A DNA stretch of 64,000 nucleotides from Candidatus Bathyarchaeia archaeon (GTDB taxonomy: Archaea; Thermoproteota; Bathyarchaeia; 40CM-2-53-6), in NCBI GenBank assembly GCA_049517415.1, contig JBEKSC010000003.1:89733-153732 (forward strand), written 5' to 3'. Below, in pieces: positions 21,341 through 32,118 of the stretch. Below the pieces are notes generated by a model. It was not told where the DNA came from, searched no databases, and saw only the letters and a list, made by a program, of their open reading frames with translations. Each line of letters begins with the position of its first letter. The first letter of the stretch is position 1. Both the position numbers and the translations under genes were made by a program.

Positions 21341-21919
21341 TCACTCAGGTTTCCAAAGTGATTCTGCAGAAACCTTTTCGCCGCTAAATACTACACCTTC
21401 ACGTTCGAGTAATCCGCGCTTGACATAGCCGCCTTCAGAAGGTTTTCGTCCAGGCATACCATAATTTCCAACCTTCAACGAGGCTGGTACGACTCTGTGA
21501 CATGGAATGATTAGTGATATTGGATTAGTGGCCACAGCAGTCCCAACTGCACGAGCGTAACGCTTCCCGCCAACCTTCTTCGCCAAGGCACCATATGTTG
21601 CCACCTTGCCGCTAGGAATCGCCTGGAGGAGAGAGTAGACCTTTCTCCTGAACTCAGAAACCTTCGACAAATCAAAGGACTTGAGCTGCCCGGTACTTTT
21701 CCCAGAGTATGCTCTGTAGATCTCTTCGAATATGCTCGGGTCGACCGAACCGGCGGTTTCAATTTGAGATCGCGGAATCGTACCCATAACTGATTCCTCA
21801 GCATCATTCTTGCTTCTGTCCGAGAATGCGCACGCCACCAATTCATCCCTCTCATTCACAGCCAAACTGAACCAGACGCCGTCCTTCCGTTGGGACGTGA
21901 TTCGAATCATCTCGCACAC
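21341..21919 (-). CDS. ogt: Methylated-DNA-protein-cysteine methyltransferase
   Basis: IP.GKVATYG, ARAVG, NP..IPCHRVV. Confidence 0.9.
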   Translation of the reverse strand: MCEMIRITSQRKDGVWFSLAVNERDELVACAFSDRSKNDAEESVMGTIPRSQIETAGSVDPSIFEEIYRAYSGKSTGQLKSFDLSKVSEFRRKVYSLLQAIPSGKVATYGALAKKVGGKRYARAVGTAVATNPISLIIPCHRVVPASLKVGNYGMPGRKPSEGGYVKRGLLEREGVVFSGEKVSAESLWKPE

Positions 21920-22032
21920 ACCACTATCCCACCGTATGTTTCGGTATGTAGATAAATTGTGGGCCGGCGGTGGACGATTAGTTTCATTAGCCTCTCTGCC
22001 TGATTACATAGTCCCATCAGTCTCCCCTGGTA

Positions 22033-23361
22033 TTGATGGGCTTGGGTTCACTGCAAGACCTTGAGTGGATTCAGAAGAGAACAGGCCTAGACCCAGCACA
22101 GAACCATGAATCCCTTACCTTCGTCACAACAACATCCTCCACGATGTGCTTGCAGTGCCGCGGCAGTCGCATGCTTTGCGGCAAAGCATCCTGCCCGATT
22201 TTATCAAAAGCGGAATTGCTGATTAGGCATCTCCCGAATTTGGGCAAGGCAGAGATTGACGGGTCGAGCCCCCCTGGTGCTTTTGTTGGCCATGTTGGTT
22301 ACCCAAGAATTTACGTTGGCCCATTAATTCCACCAACTAAAGGGGACACGCGTCTTCTTGATACCCCTGAACTTTGGCTCGGCAAAGATATACAAACAAT
22401 TATTGACTTCAGGTTCAGTTTGATTCGCGGCAAATCGTTGCTAGATGTCCACGATGCCGTTGACCCTAACTCGTACTTGCTCGACCTACACGACCTAGCA
22501 CTTTCATCTGCATCGGTTGATGTTGATGCGAAGTTTCGTAAAAAACCGAGGATGGCTGTGACCCTAAGTGACGAAACGCAGCCGTTCGGACCTTCGGCGT
22601 TAATTGAAAAATTACAGGTCTCACCGAGCACCGGTGAGCGGCGGCTTGAGGCCGTGTATTATGACGGGGATGAGTTGGCTGTGGATGGCATGTTCGATCT
22701 TTACAGGGATGGGATTGAGGTTTCGCGGATACAGCGCACCTTAAGCCTCGGCATGTTGGGCGTACAGAAGCAAAGGAAGATTGTTCCAACCCGCTGGAGC
22801 ATCACAGCCGTCGACGACACACTCTCAAAACGGTTGCTTCAAGCGGTCAAAAATTATCCATCCATCGACAAGTACCAGGTCTACACCTACCGGTACCTCG
22901 ATAACGTGTACGAAGTTATAATGTCGCCCAGACATTGGGAGTACGAGTCAATCGAAGCTTGGTTCCCGGGAACGGCGTGGAACGAGAACGGAACAGTGCC
23001 CGCAATCATGGGGGATCATGAAGCTTACGAGGGGAGGACAACCTACGCCTCTATTGGAGGCTGTTACTACTCATGCAGGTTGGCCGCGGCTGAGGCACTC
23101 GAGAAGGTGCAGCGGCAAGCTGCAGTCCTAGTTCTCCGAGAAGCACGACCGGGCTACATCCTTCCCGTCGGCGTCTGGAATGTAAGGGAGAGCGTACGCG
23201 CCGCCCTCAGAACACAACCCGCAACCTTCGACAGCTTCCAGCAAGCACTAGAATACGCTTGCAGCAATTTCATAATCCCGCAGAAAACTTGGATTGGGAA
23301 TAGTGTGCTCATTCGTAACGAGATGTTTCAGCCCCGCCTCAGCCAATACTTTCCCAATTGA
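22033..23361 (+). CDS. nreA: Nre family archaeal DNA repair protein
   Basis: C..C.G...LCG...CP, GSSPP, VPTRWSITAVDD, C-terminal PIP-like QPRLSQYF. Confidence 0.88.
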   Translation: MMGLGSLQDLEWIQKRTGLDPAQNHESLTFVTTTSSTMCLQCRGSRMLCGKASCPILSKAELLIRHLPNLGKAEIDGSSPPGAFVGHVGYPRIYVGPLIPPTKGDTRLLDTPELWLGKDIQTIIDFRFSLIRGKSLLDVHDAVDPNSYLLDLHDLALSSASVDVDAKFRKKPRMAVTLSDETQPFGPSALIEKLQVSPSTGERRLEAVYYDGDELAVDGMFDLYRDGIEVSRIQRTLSLGMLGVQKQRKIVPTRWSITAVDDTLSKRLLQAVKNYPSIDKYQVYTYRYLDNVYEVIMSPRHWEYESIEAWFPGTAWNENGTVPAIMGDHEAYEGRTTYASIGGCYYSCRLAAAEALEKVQRQAAVLVLREARPGYILPVGVWNVRESVRAALRTQPATFDSFQQALEYACSNFIIPQKTWIGNSVLIRNEMFQPRLSQYFPN

Positions 23362-23450
23362 TTTTTCAAGGTTTTTGGAATCAGCAATAGAAAAGAATAC
23401 TCTTTTTCGTGAAGAAGCGATCCTAGTGAGCGCACGGAGGCCGCGGACTA

Positions 23451-24512
23451 TTGATCGAAATTGCCGGTGATATGCTTGAAGGTGGAGGCCAGATTGTTCG
23501 CACAACCGTTGCCCTGGCCGCTCTCACGAATAAGGAGGTCAGAATCACGAAGATTCGAGATAAACGGCCTAACCCGGGATTACAGGCTCAACATGTCACG
23601 GCGGTTCGAGCAGTTGCAGCTGTCGCAGGTGCTGAAACCGAGGGCCTTTTTCCAGGTTCTAAGGAGTTGATGTTCAGGCCTCGCGGTCATGTAGCGGGCC
23701 GGTTTAGTTTCAACGTGGGAACAGCTGGTAGCGTTCCGTTAATCCTGCAGGCTGTGATGCCCTCAGCCGCCTACGCTCCGGGCCAAGTTGAATTCGAGCT
23801 GATCGGAGGAACCGACGTGCCTTGGAGCCCAACGGTCGACTATGTTCGACTCGTCGAGCTTCCGGTACTACAGTTGATGGGTTACGGAGCAACTTTGACG
23901 GTTCACCGAAGGGGACATTATCCGAAGGGGGGCGGCCGCGTAACGATGTTGGTTGACCCGCCCAGAACCTTGAATGCAGTTAACCTTCTTGAACGCGGTG
24001 TTGGGACAGATGTGAAAGGCATTAGTCACTGCGTGAAACTTCCCAGCCATGTCGCGCAGAGACAGGCAGACGCTGCGAAGGAGAAGTTGAGCGTCAGGGG
24101 TATTCACGAGGTAAACATCGCCATTGAAACCTATCCATCAACCCAAGACCCGCACCTCGCTCCGGGAAGCGGCATAGCGCTAGCCATGAGATTCACAAAC
24201 GGTTCTATTCTCGGCGCCGATAGCATTGGTGAAAGAGGAAAGCCTGCAGAACGAGTAGGCGACGAAGCCGCAAGTAAATTGCTCAAAGAATTCGATTCCA
24301 AAGCCGCCCTAGACCGGCATATGGGTGACATGATCATTCCATACCTGGCTGTGGCCGAAGGACGATCTGAAATTGAAGTCTCGGCAATTACGACGCACAC
24401 ACTGACCAACATCAAGGTGTCCGAGATTCTAGCGGGCGTTAAGTTCCAAATTGAAGGATCGTTGAATGAACCAGGAAGAATCAGCGTTGAAGGAATCGGA
24501 TTGAAGGCCTGA
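23451..24512 (+). CDS. rtcA: RNA 3'-terminal phosphate cyclase
   Basis: EGGGQIVRT, RPNPGL..QH, GGTDV, YPKGGG, DRHMGD. Confidence 0.92.
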   Translation: MIEIAGDMLEGGGQIVRTTVALAALTNKEVRITKIRDKRPNPGLQAQHVTAVRAVAAVAGAETEGLFPGSKELMFRPRGHVAGRFSFNVGTAGSVPLILQAVMPSAAYAPGQVEFELIGGTDVPWSPTVDYVRLVELPVLQLMGYGATLTVHRRGHYPKGGGRVTMLVDPPRTLNAVNLLERGVGTDVKGISHCVKLPSHVAQRQADAAKEKLSVRGIHEVNIAIETYPSTQDPHLAPGSGIALAMRFTNGSILGADSIGERGKPAERVGDEAASKLLKEFDSKAALDRHMGDMIIPYLAVAEGRSEIEVSAITTHTLTNIKVSEILAGVKFQIEGSLNEPGRISVEGIGLKA

Positions 24513-24584
24513 CGTTGACGAGCGATTTCAAGGCAGCAATAAAATAGCAGCCGATGGTAGCGAAGGCTGCAAGGAGAAAGCTAG

Positions 24585-25013
24585 ATGCTAGAAGCCTTTC
24601 TTAGAGTCGTGATCGTGATCTTACTAGGATTCCTGTTCGCGTATCTGTATGGCTTCATCGAGCACGGCTACATTCCCCCCGCAGAGCATCTCAAGCTGCG
24701 ATTTTTCAACCACTTCGCGAATTACCATATCATCATGTTCGGCTTGTTTTCAGCGATACCCTTGGTGGTTTTGGTGTTCAGTACGAACGTCTCAGGGGTT
24801 CTGTCAAGTCTTGGATTGTGGACGTACCTCCCGGTTGGAGAAGACATTGCCTGGTACCATTTCGCTGGTACGTGGCCTAAGCCTGAAGATTGGACCTCTT
24901 GGGGTGGGGGATACTACCTTCGAGGAAGATGGTTGCCACGATGGTATATCATCAATCTTGGGTTAACGGTCGTGTTTTTCGGCTTGGCCTTAGCTCTCAG
25001 CCTATACAGCTGA
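24585..25013 (+). CDS. Hypothetical membrane protein
   Basis: Hydrophobic ORF with AGGAG-like SD upstream. Confidence 0.6.
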   Translation: MLEAFLRVVIVILLGFLFAYLYGFIEHGYIPPAEHLKLRFFNHFANYHIIMFGLFSAIPLVVLVFSTNVSGVLSSLGLWTYLPVGEDIAWYHFAGTWPKPEDWTSWGGGYYLRGRWLPRWYIINLGLTVVFFGLALALSLYS

Positions 25014-25153
25014 GCCTTTAGACCAGAATTTAACATGGTTTAGAGGAGAAATCAAAAAGGACGAATATTCCGCATTTCTACCAAGTAGACGCTTTTGTCT
25101 TGTGTTGGGTTACTCCCACCTGCTAGGTTGCACAATCAAGGGTGGGGCCAGGT

Positions 25154-25354
25154 CTACAGCTTTCTTATGATTTCGGCGTGTGCGTGGCGTGCTGCGCAGC
25201 TTGTTATTCGGGCCTTGATCTTGTCCCCTGGTTTTGCGTTCTTTACGAAGACTATGCAGCCATTTACGCGCCCTACTCCTTCACCTAAGCGGGAGGTTTC
25301 TTTGATTTCCAGCTCTACTTCATCGCCTGGCTTCAACTCATGCCAAGTAGCCAA
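25154..25354 (-). CDS. Single TRAM-domain protein
   Basis: GEGVGRVNG.IVFV..AKPGD pattern. Confidence 0.8.
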   Translation of the reverse strand: MATWHELKPGDEVELEIKETSRLGEGVGRVNGCIVFVKNAKPGDKIKARITSCAARHAHAEIIRKL

Positions 25355-25465
25355 TCAGCTACGCTCCTGCGCATTATGCCACAGACTTGCATTTGTATCA
25401 ACCTATCCCTAGATTGTGATGCAGGCGGACGACTTTAAGGAAGAATCTAGCAGATACTGGAAGTA

Positions 25466-26377
25466 GTGAAAGAGTTGACTAGTTTCGGAGTACACCTGCC
25501 AGGGTTTTCGGAGAGCCCTCAAAAATTCGGCGAACTTTGCCGGAAGGTCGAGGAGTGGGGCTTTGACTCGGTTTGGTTAGCGGATGGACTCACGCGGAAT
25601 ACGGTCGAGCCGTTACCTGCCCTAGCGTATGCGTCAGCGTTTACGCACCGCGTCAAGTTAGGCACGTGTATCTACGTCGTTCCAGTTCGCCACCCACTAA
25701 TTACTGCCAAACTAACATCGACTCTGGATAGAACATCAGAGGGCCGCTTTGTTCTTGGGGTCGGCGTGGGATGGAGGGAAGACGAGTTCAAAGCTACGGG
25801 GATCCCGTTCGAGAATAGGGGCAAAGTCACAGACGAATGCTTACAAATAATCCGCCAAGCCTGGGAAACTGGCAAAGTTGACTTCAAAGGAGATTTCTAT
25901 GACATACCAGGAGTGAAAATGGAGTACCAACCTGTACAGAAGTCTCGCCCACAACTTTGGATAGGGGGTAATGGGTTCCAAGCAATAACTAGGGCGGCCC
26001 GATTCGGAGATTGTTGGATCCCCACAGACTACACCGTCGAGGAGTACAAACAGGGCGTTCCACGTTTGGCAAAAGCATGCAAGCAGTTCGCAAGAGCATC
26101 TGAACAAGTTAAGGTTGCGTCCCATTTGATGGTGATAGTTGACAAGAGCAAGAACGAAGCCGAGTCTATGGCAAAGAATATCGCGGAATCGCTACATAGT
26201 GAGACTGATGAACTGAAAGAATGGGCGCTGGTCGGTGACCTTCAAGAAGTAACCAATCGAATCGAAGCGTACAATCATGCGGGCGTAAGCTACCATGTGC
26301 TAAACTTTGGAACCAAGGTTCGAGACGAATCAAAAATGGAACTTTTCGCGCGAGAAGTGCTCCCAAGCTTCACTTGA
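25466..26377 (+). CDS. LLM-class flavin/F420-dependent oxidoreductase
   Basis: GFDSVW, RHP...AK..TLD..SEGRFVLGVGVGW...EF. Confidence 0.85.
   Translation: MKELTSFGVHLPGFSESPQKFGELCRKVEEWGFDSVWLADGLTRNTVEPLPALAYASAFTHRVKLGTCIYVVPVRHPLITAKLTSTLDRTSEGRFVLGVGVGWREDEFKATGIPFENRGKVTDECLQIIRQAWETGKVDFKGDFYDIPGVKMEYQPVQKSRPQLWIGGNGFQAITRAARFGDCWIPTDYTVEEYKQGVPRLAKACKQFARASEQVKVASHLMVIVDKSKNEAESMAKNIAESLHSETDELKEWALVGDLQEVTNRIEAYNHAGVSYHVLNFGTKVRDESKMELFAREVLPSFT
26339..26372 (+). repeat. 34-bp direct repeat copy 1 (3' end of LLM gene)
   Basis: GAACTTTTCGCGCGAGAAGTGCTCCCAAGCTTCA; 33/34 identical to 29557-29590. Confidence 0.9.
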
Positions 26378-26459
26378 AGGATCTACGACATACCAGGATG
26401 CGATGGTTTGAATAGTTGTTCCAGTAGTTGATACTAGCGAAGTATTCGTAAACGGCAGG

Positions 26460-29201
26460 TTGGAATCTATGGAACGATCTGGGCCGCCTCCGCGTCTTTT
26501 CGGGTTGGTCGGCTGGATTATTGTAGCATTAGTTTCCATTGGTGTGACCGTTTATGGGCTGTCAGTTTACTTAGACTGGGTCGTTTTCCAGTCCATGTAT
26601 GCTTCCAAGGCAGGCCTCGACTGGTTCGCGATAAACTTCTATCACAATAACACATTCATCGTCGCCGGTGTTCTCGCACTTCTCTTCATCAACCCGGTTC
26701 CCAGAAGGAGCCATCTCTTTGAGGGGCTTTCTGCGTTGGGAGGAGCATTCGCGCGTGTTAGAGGGGAGGAAGATGCAGTCTCGCTCGGCCCTGGCAGGGT
26801 TGCATGGTTGTTTTGGCAGATAGCAAAGTGGGCTGTCGCCTTCTGGATTATCGCGACGGCGAACGGGATACCGGGCCTTGGCAACCTGACGATGGTAGTC
26901 ACGATGCTCCAGAGCGGGCTGGGTAACTGGGGCGAAGTCCTGAGGGTCTTTCAGCTCCCGTTGGCTTCTGCTTCCGGAACTGAACTTGTTGCGTTGATGC
27001 CTACTATGGAGGTGCAGTACGCCCTCATCTTCAACGTCGTCTCTGCGGTCGTACTCGTGGCAGTCCTCAGACTCATTTTGATGCTCGTCCGCGATTTCGC
27101 TCAACTCAAGACGAATGCGTGGGGGAGAGATCTATTCCTCATTCTCACTCTAGCTGTGCTGGTGGCGATCTTCGATGCACCCTATTGGTCTATGAACATT
27201 GCGACGCCCAACGACTACCTGATCGCTGTCACCGTTTTCTTTAGCTTCTTGGCCATCGCGGCTTCTTTTCAGTTCGGAGTTATTCGACGAACAATAGGCA
27301 TGGCGCGTCGAAAACGATGGCTTGTCTACCTCATGGGGCTATTCTTGTTAGCCATACTCATTGTAAACTTGGGTTTTGTGGTCGGCTACTCGCTAAACTG
27401 GAACAACAACTGGGTTGACTATGAATGGCAGCCTATGACTATGAAGGAGATTCAGGTCACACGATGGGCCGCGGGTTTAGAAAACGTAACGACGGAACCT
27501 CTCTCAAGTCTCCCCGCCGGAAACACCAGCACGATCGTATCGCTGGTTCGACAATGGGATCACGACGCGTCCTACACGAAAATGAAGAATCAGATAGGCG
27601 TCAACTGGATGCAGTTGAGCGATTCGCAAATAATCTACCTCAACGGCCACGAATACTGGGTTGCCCCCACAACAATCAACTATCCAGCCGACGACTGGAT
27701 CAGCCATCACCTCATCTACACTCACGCCGCCAGAATAGTCGTGATCGACAGCCACACGGGCGACTACGTTTCGGTCCAGCAGGCATTCGGAGTTAAGTCG
27801 GAACCCCCAATCTACTACGGTGAGAGTCTCACCGACGACGTTTACGTGCATGTTAGAGGAGTCGAGGAAATAGGAAACGCGTCTTACACCGGAGAGCCTG
27901 ACTATGTTCTCTCAGGCTGGCAGAGGGCTCTATGGTTCCTTGTGAAAGAAGGTCAAGTCGGCTTCGCCTTCACTCCTCCCCAAGACCAAATCATGATGCT
28001 TCATAACCGAGATGTTCATCAGAGAATCCAGGATTTCCTCATCGATGGGCTGACGACCGACAGCGCAAGCTACCTTGTCACAGACGGAAACCGAATCTAC
28101 TACCTCGTCCAAGTCTACACGGACTATCCAATTCACTCTGGATTCTCCGGCAGCAACTACCTCCGATTCTTCGGAGTGGTCTTGGTCGATATAGAAGACG
28201 GCCGCATGTACCCATACGTCATAGCTAAACCGGATGGCTTTCTAGTCGACTTCTATAGACAATACTACTCGTCATGGAAAGCGCCGCCGGACTGGCTCGT
28301 CAACCAACTACGCTATCCTGAGGACTTGCTCGGAACCCAAAACCTGCCGGGACAGCTTGATGTCTCTTTCACATATCATGTGAACGACCCATTCGTTTGG
28401 AGATCAGGTTCTGACTTCTACGAGCGGCCAGAAGCCACAGAGGTACTTTACGTGCTATTGAGTTCAGGGAATCGAGTTGACTTCGTAGGAATGCAGCTTG
28501 TAGAGTATCAGGCATCCCCAGGCCGCAACCTCGCTGGCATGTACATAGCCTATGGCACCGATCAGCTTGGAAGGTTGAACCTTTACAGAATATCCAATTC
28601 GACAACCCAACTAATTGGGCCTTCCGCTGCGCTGCAGGCCGTTGAAACCGACGACTATGTACGCCAGCAGTTAACGCTGCTGCCGAACTACCGACTTGGA
28701 AACATCCTATTGTACCTCATCGGAGACCACCTCTACTACTTCATTCCAGTCTATATCAACACGCAAGTCGAAAATGCCGTCATTACAAAGATGGCCTTCG
28801 TCACGGTCGTCGACGCGACAACAGGAGCCAGGGTCGCGGTTGGAGCAGACTCATCCCAAGCATACTACGCCATATCCGGAGGAATTCCCACCATATTGGG
28901 ATCGGCGGAACGTGAGAAGAAGCTCAACTCGCTATTCACGAACAAAGGATACTCACTAGTCAACCCAACCAGCATCAACGCGAACGTGGAGATTCGAATC
29001 GCAAACATCACCTACACTGACGAAACCCAATGGACCTCTGTTAATGCCACAGTGAATAATTTCATCACCAGCTATGGCCAGAAGTACGGCGTGACGGAAG
29101 TCTACTATTGGACCGAGCCGAACGGTGACCTCAGCTTCGGCGTGCTCGTCTCTAATGCCGGGGTTGTGAAACTCTACTACATAACCATCCAGATCAGCTA
29201 G
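26460..29201 (+). CDS. UPF0182 family membrane protein
   Basis: N-terminal TM region then VRQWD, HLIYTH, IYYGE, LRYPEDL, YHV motifs. Confidence 0.75.
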   Translation: MESMERSGPPPRLFGLVGWIIVALVSIGVTVYGLSVYLDWVVFQSMYASKAGLDWFAINFYHNNTFIVAGVLALLFINPVPRRSHLFEGLSALGGAFARVRGEEDAVSLGPGRVAWLFWQIAKWAVAFWIIATANGIPGLGNLTMVVTMLQSGLGNWGEVLRVFQLPLASASGTELVALMPTMEVQYALIFNVVSAVVLVAVLRLILMLVRDFAQLKTNAWGRDLFLILTLAVLVAIFDAPYWSMNIATPNDYLIAVTVFFSFLAIAASFQFGVIRRTIGMARRKRWLVYLMGLFLLAILIVNLGFVVGYSLNWNNNWVDYEWQPMTMKEIQVTRWAAGLENVTTEPLSSLPAGNTSTIVSLVRQWDHDASYTKMKNQIGVNWMQLSDSQIIYLNGHEYWVAPTTINYPADDWISHHLIYTHAARIVVIDSHTGDYVSVQQAFGVKSEPPIYYGESLTDDVYVHVRGVEEIGNASYTGEPDYVLSGWQRALWFLVKEGQVGFAFTPPQDQIMMLHNRDVHQRIQDFLIDGLTTDSASYLVTDGNRIYYLVQVYTDYPIHSGFSGSNYLRFFGVVLVDIEDGRMYPYVIAKPDGFLVDFYRQYYSSWKAPPDWLVNQLRYPEDLLGTQNLPGQLDVSFTYHVNDPFVWRSGSDFYERPEATEVLYVLLSSGNRVDFVGMQLVEYQASPGRNLAGMYIAYGTDQLGRLNLYRISNSTTQLIGPSAALQAVETDDYVRQQLTLLPNYRLGNILLYLIGDHLYYFIPVYINTQVENAVITKMAFVTVVDATTGARVAVGADSSQAYYAISGGIPTILGSAEREKKLNSLFTNKGYSLVNPTSINANVEIRIANITYTDETQWTSVNATVNNFITSYGQKYGVTEVYYWTEPNGDLSFGVLVSNAGVVKLYYITIQIS

Positions 29202-29209
29202 GTGGAAGC

Positions 29210-29503
29210 ATGTCAATGCTGCAAGAGGAATTCGATTTGTGGCTGAGCAGCAAATACTCGAATCCCTTCTGGGTCGGGCACCATAGATTCGAGAAGAGCG
29301 TGACCGGTGAGATTCGAGTGGACAATGGAGTATTTAGGAGAGAAGAGGCCGCCATACTCTTTCGGATGCTCAGGTCACGCGGCCCCTTCACGCGACTTAA
29401 CGCGAATTTCGTCATATGGGAGAGAAACCGAAGCCTACTAGTTATACTAGTAATTGTCACGGTCATAATGCTCGCATTAGTAATCATAAGAATCCGGGAA
29501 TGA
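29210..29503 (+). CDS. Hypothetical protein with C-terminal TM
   Basis: ORF with GGTGG SD, 8 bp after UPF0182 gene. Confidence 0.6.
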   Translation: MSMLQEEFDLWLSSKYSNPFWVGHHRFEKSVTGEIRVDNGVFRREEAAILFRMLRSRGPFTRLNANFVIWERNRSLLVILVIVTVIMLALVIIRIRE

Positions 29504-29556
29504 CCCGTCAGGAAAGCTGAGCGAACCGAGTCGGTTTGCAGTTGGCCCCGGAAATC

Positions 29557-29590
29557 GAACTTTTCGCGCGAGAAGTACTCCCAAGCTTCA
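29557..29590 (+). repeat. 34-bp direct repeat copy 2 (displaced LLM gene 3' end, reads ..ELFAREVLPSFKNA*)
   Basis: GAACTTTTCGCGCGAGAAGTACTCCCAAGCTTCA. Confidence 0.9.
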
Positions 29591-29879
29591 AGAATGCCTA
29601 GACGGGCCGCTGAATGGCCCTGCAGTGCAATGAAGGCTGACACCAGGATATTTCACCGTCCCCCAGTAGTGTATAGAATATTCTCGACACCTTTTTGCGG
29701 GAAGCCTTCGCTTTAGCTTCAGAAGCAGCCTTCTGCAGTTGATTGCCGAAGATGGATTTTGGCTGTTGTTCCCTAACGAGTAGATATTCACGTATTGCGC
29801 AAGGCCGAGTGTGAGGAGGTCCCGCGTTACGGCGCTTGCGGTGCCGACCCAACTGAGGAAAGGCTCTGTCTTAACGCGT

Positions 29880-30830
29880 TTACTTCTTGGGGCCCTTGTA
29901 GGTTAGCACTCTGCCCCACAGGTCTTTTGTTCCCCAGATTCCTCTGCGCAGCGTTTCTAGGTGGACGATCTGGCTGTGGTCGACGAACAGGTTCACTTCA
30001 GGTCCGTAGTTCTTGATGTACCAGCCAAACACTTCGGGGTCGGCGGCTTCGAACATAACCTTATCCAACCCTAATGCATCAATTATTTTCGGCGGCACGT
30101 CGGTGCGCCAAGTCTTTACATTCTCTGTGATTCCTTCTGATTCAATCATGATCATGTAGGCGCCTGCATCAAGGAAACGTTTCGCTTCCGAGATTGCCCA
30201 AGCTGGGTCCTTCGTTCCCTCAGCCTCGAGTTCTGCGATTGATGTGGCCCCGCCGGAACCGAACTGAATTCCCACCTCAGGCTTCGGCTTCAACCCCGCC
30301 CTCTTCACTAACTCCACAAGCTGAACCCAATCGTCGACGGGTATTGTGATGAAGCCGCTGGAGATTTCGATAATGTCGAAGCCCACATCCTTGCATTCCT
30401 TAACGTAGCGTTCCACCGCTTCAGGGCCCTGCGTCAGAACGTACTCAATCCACCCGCCTGTCGAGACCAGTACGTTGTACCGGTGCGCTGTGTCGATAAT
30501 CTCCTTGAGCACGTCCCGTTTCATGAGGCTGAATGATCCGGCTGCGAACTTCAGGGCGTCAACGTACTCGCCCATTGTTTCCAGAATGTCTTCGAGGTAG
30601 CGCTTCCCCATCACGGTGTAGTAGGGGCCGCGAATCTCAGTGACGCCTTTTGTTCGTGGCTTTCCAGGTCGTTCGTTCATTCTGATAAAGGAAAATGCTT
30701 TGCTACTCAACTGTTTTTCCTCGTTTGGGGTCAGGAATATTTGCGAGCAGCTTCGTGAGGTCTGTGACATATAGGTCTTCCATTTGATGCACACAATCCA
30801 CGATTTGCTTTCGCAAATTCTTGTCAACAT
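29880..30830 (-). CDS. comA: Phosphosulfolactate synthase-like (ComA family); true start probably near 30700
   Basis: KPR.KGVT, YVD.LKF, GFD.IEISSG, KPEVG, IESEG, FEA, NLFVD. Confidence 0.8.
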   Translation of the reverse strand: MLTRICESKSWIVCIKWKTYMSQTSRSCSQIFLTPNEEKQLSSKAFSFIRMNERPGKPRTKGVTEIRGPYYTVMGKRYLEDILETMGEYVDALKFAAGSFSLMKRDVLKEIIDTAHRYNVLVSTGGWIEYVLTQGPEAVERYVKECKDVGFDIIEISSGFITIPVDDWVQLVELVKRAGLKPKPEVGIQFGSGGATSIAELEAEGTKDPAWAISEAKRFLDAGAYMIMIESEGITENVKTWRTDVPPKIIDALGLDKVMFEAADPEVFGWYIKNYGPEVNLFVDHSQIVHLETLRRGIWGTKDLWGRVLTYKGPKK

Positions 30831-32118
30831 AGCGCGCGCTTAGGCTGTCAAATTTCTCCACTGCCCTCTCCCAGCGCATGGGGCGCGTAAAGAAGCCCTC
30901 GTAGTCTCGTTTCTCTTTCTCAACGATCCGCCCGCCTTTGAGATGAACTACCAAGTGGGACGGCATTTCATTCGGAAATCTTTGACTGTAATCCTCTCTA
31001 GGCTTGACGCTGATTTTTTGCAGAAGGTTCTGAACATCGCTCCTCGTGATTCTGTCAGGGTAATATTGTTCAGGCATTACAGTTCCATCTAGGATCGCTA
31101 CGGCGACAATGTAAGGGAGGCTATGGTCGGCCTCTTCCTTCCTTCGCACATGTTTCTTCTCCCCCTCCTCACCCCCGCCGATTATATTGTAGGCTACGTC
31201 GAAGACCTCTATCTCGAGCTTTTCAATCTCTTCCGGCTTGAAGCCCTGTTCTCCCTTAAGCTCTAAGATGCCTTCAATCGAAGATTGTGAATGAACCTCG
31301 GCATTGTACTTCTTCAGTATGCTCCGTGTAACTCGTTCTAGGTTCTCCTTCGACCAGTCAATGTCGAATTTTCCCGCAATCGATTCCATGAAGCCTTTGT
31401 TTCCCTCAAAAACCTCCGGCGGCCCAGTGATGCCACGCATGGCCAAGAATCCAGCGTGGGTGGCGCCGAAGCCGGTGAAGGGGTAGGCTAACCCTTTCCA
31501 GTGTGAAAGTTTCCCTGTACGCGTTACTCTAAGCGCATTAAGCGCCGTGCCGCTGATAGCGATCGCATTCGCCGTCTTCTCAACATCTAAGCCCAAAGCT
31601 TTGGAGACTCCTGCGGCTGCAGCGTAGGATCCCTGTGTTGTGTGGTCGAAGCCTTTGCTTCGTACTGGGGCTACGTCGCTGAGGCGGCATTGCACTTGGT
31701 AGGCTACAGCTAGTGCGAGCAGGAAATCGCTTCCCTTCGCTTTCGCGTACTCTGAGGCGGCTAGCACGGCGCCAACGTTATCGTTCGGATGGCAAGTCTC
31801 CCCCTTGGCTAGGTAGCTGTCGTTGAAGTCCAAATACCGGATCAATGCTCCATTGTATAGTGCGACGAGGTCCGGGGCTGTCTTTCCTCCGCCAATGAGC
31901 GTGCAGTGCGGTTTTCCACCAAAGTCATCTAGCTGCGCTTGGAGCATTCGTATTGGTTCGCCTTCAAGGGCGCCGATTGCACAACCAAGCGCGTCCAGCA
32001 CTCGAATCTTTAGCTCCTGCTTGGCCGCTGAGGACAATATTTGGAACGAGGTTCCAACTACGAACTGGGCAAGTTCGTTGACGAGGGTTCTCTGTTCTGG
32101 CAAGTTTCGGGTCGCCAA
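30703..32118 (-). CDS. MmgE/PrpD family protein
   Basis: RYLDFND, CHPNDN, GFDH, LSHWKG, ADHSLPY. Confidence 0.88.
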   Translation of the reverse strand: MATRNLPEQRTLVNELAQFVVGTSFQILSSAAKQELKIRVLDALGCAIGALEGEPIRMLQAQLDDFGGKPHCTLIGGGKTAPDLVALYNGALIRYLDFNDSYLAKGETCHPNDNVGAVLAASEYAKAKGSDFLLALAVAYQVQCRLSDVAPVRSKGFDHTTQGSYAAAAGVSKALGLDVEKTANAIAISGTALNALRVTRTGKLSHWKGLAYPFTGFGATHAGFLAMRGITGPPEVFEGNKGFMESIAGKFDIDWSKENLERVTRSILKKYNAEVHSQSSIEGILELKGEQGFKPEEIEKLEIEVFDVAYNIIGGGEEGEKKHVRRKEEADHSLPYIVAVAILDGTVMPEQYYPDRITRSDVQNLLQKISVKPREDYSQRFPNEMPSHLVVHLKGGRIVEKEKRDYEGFFTRPMRWERAVEKFDSLSARYVDKNLRKQIVDCVHQMEDLYVTDLTKLLANIPDPKRGKTVE

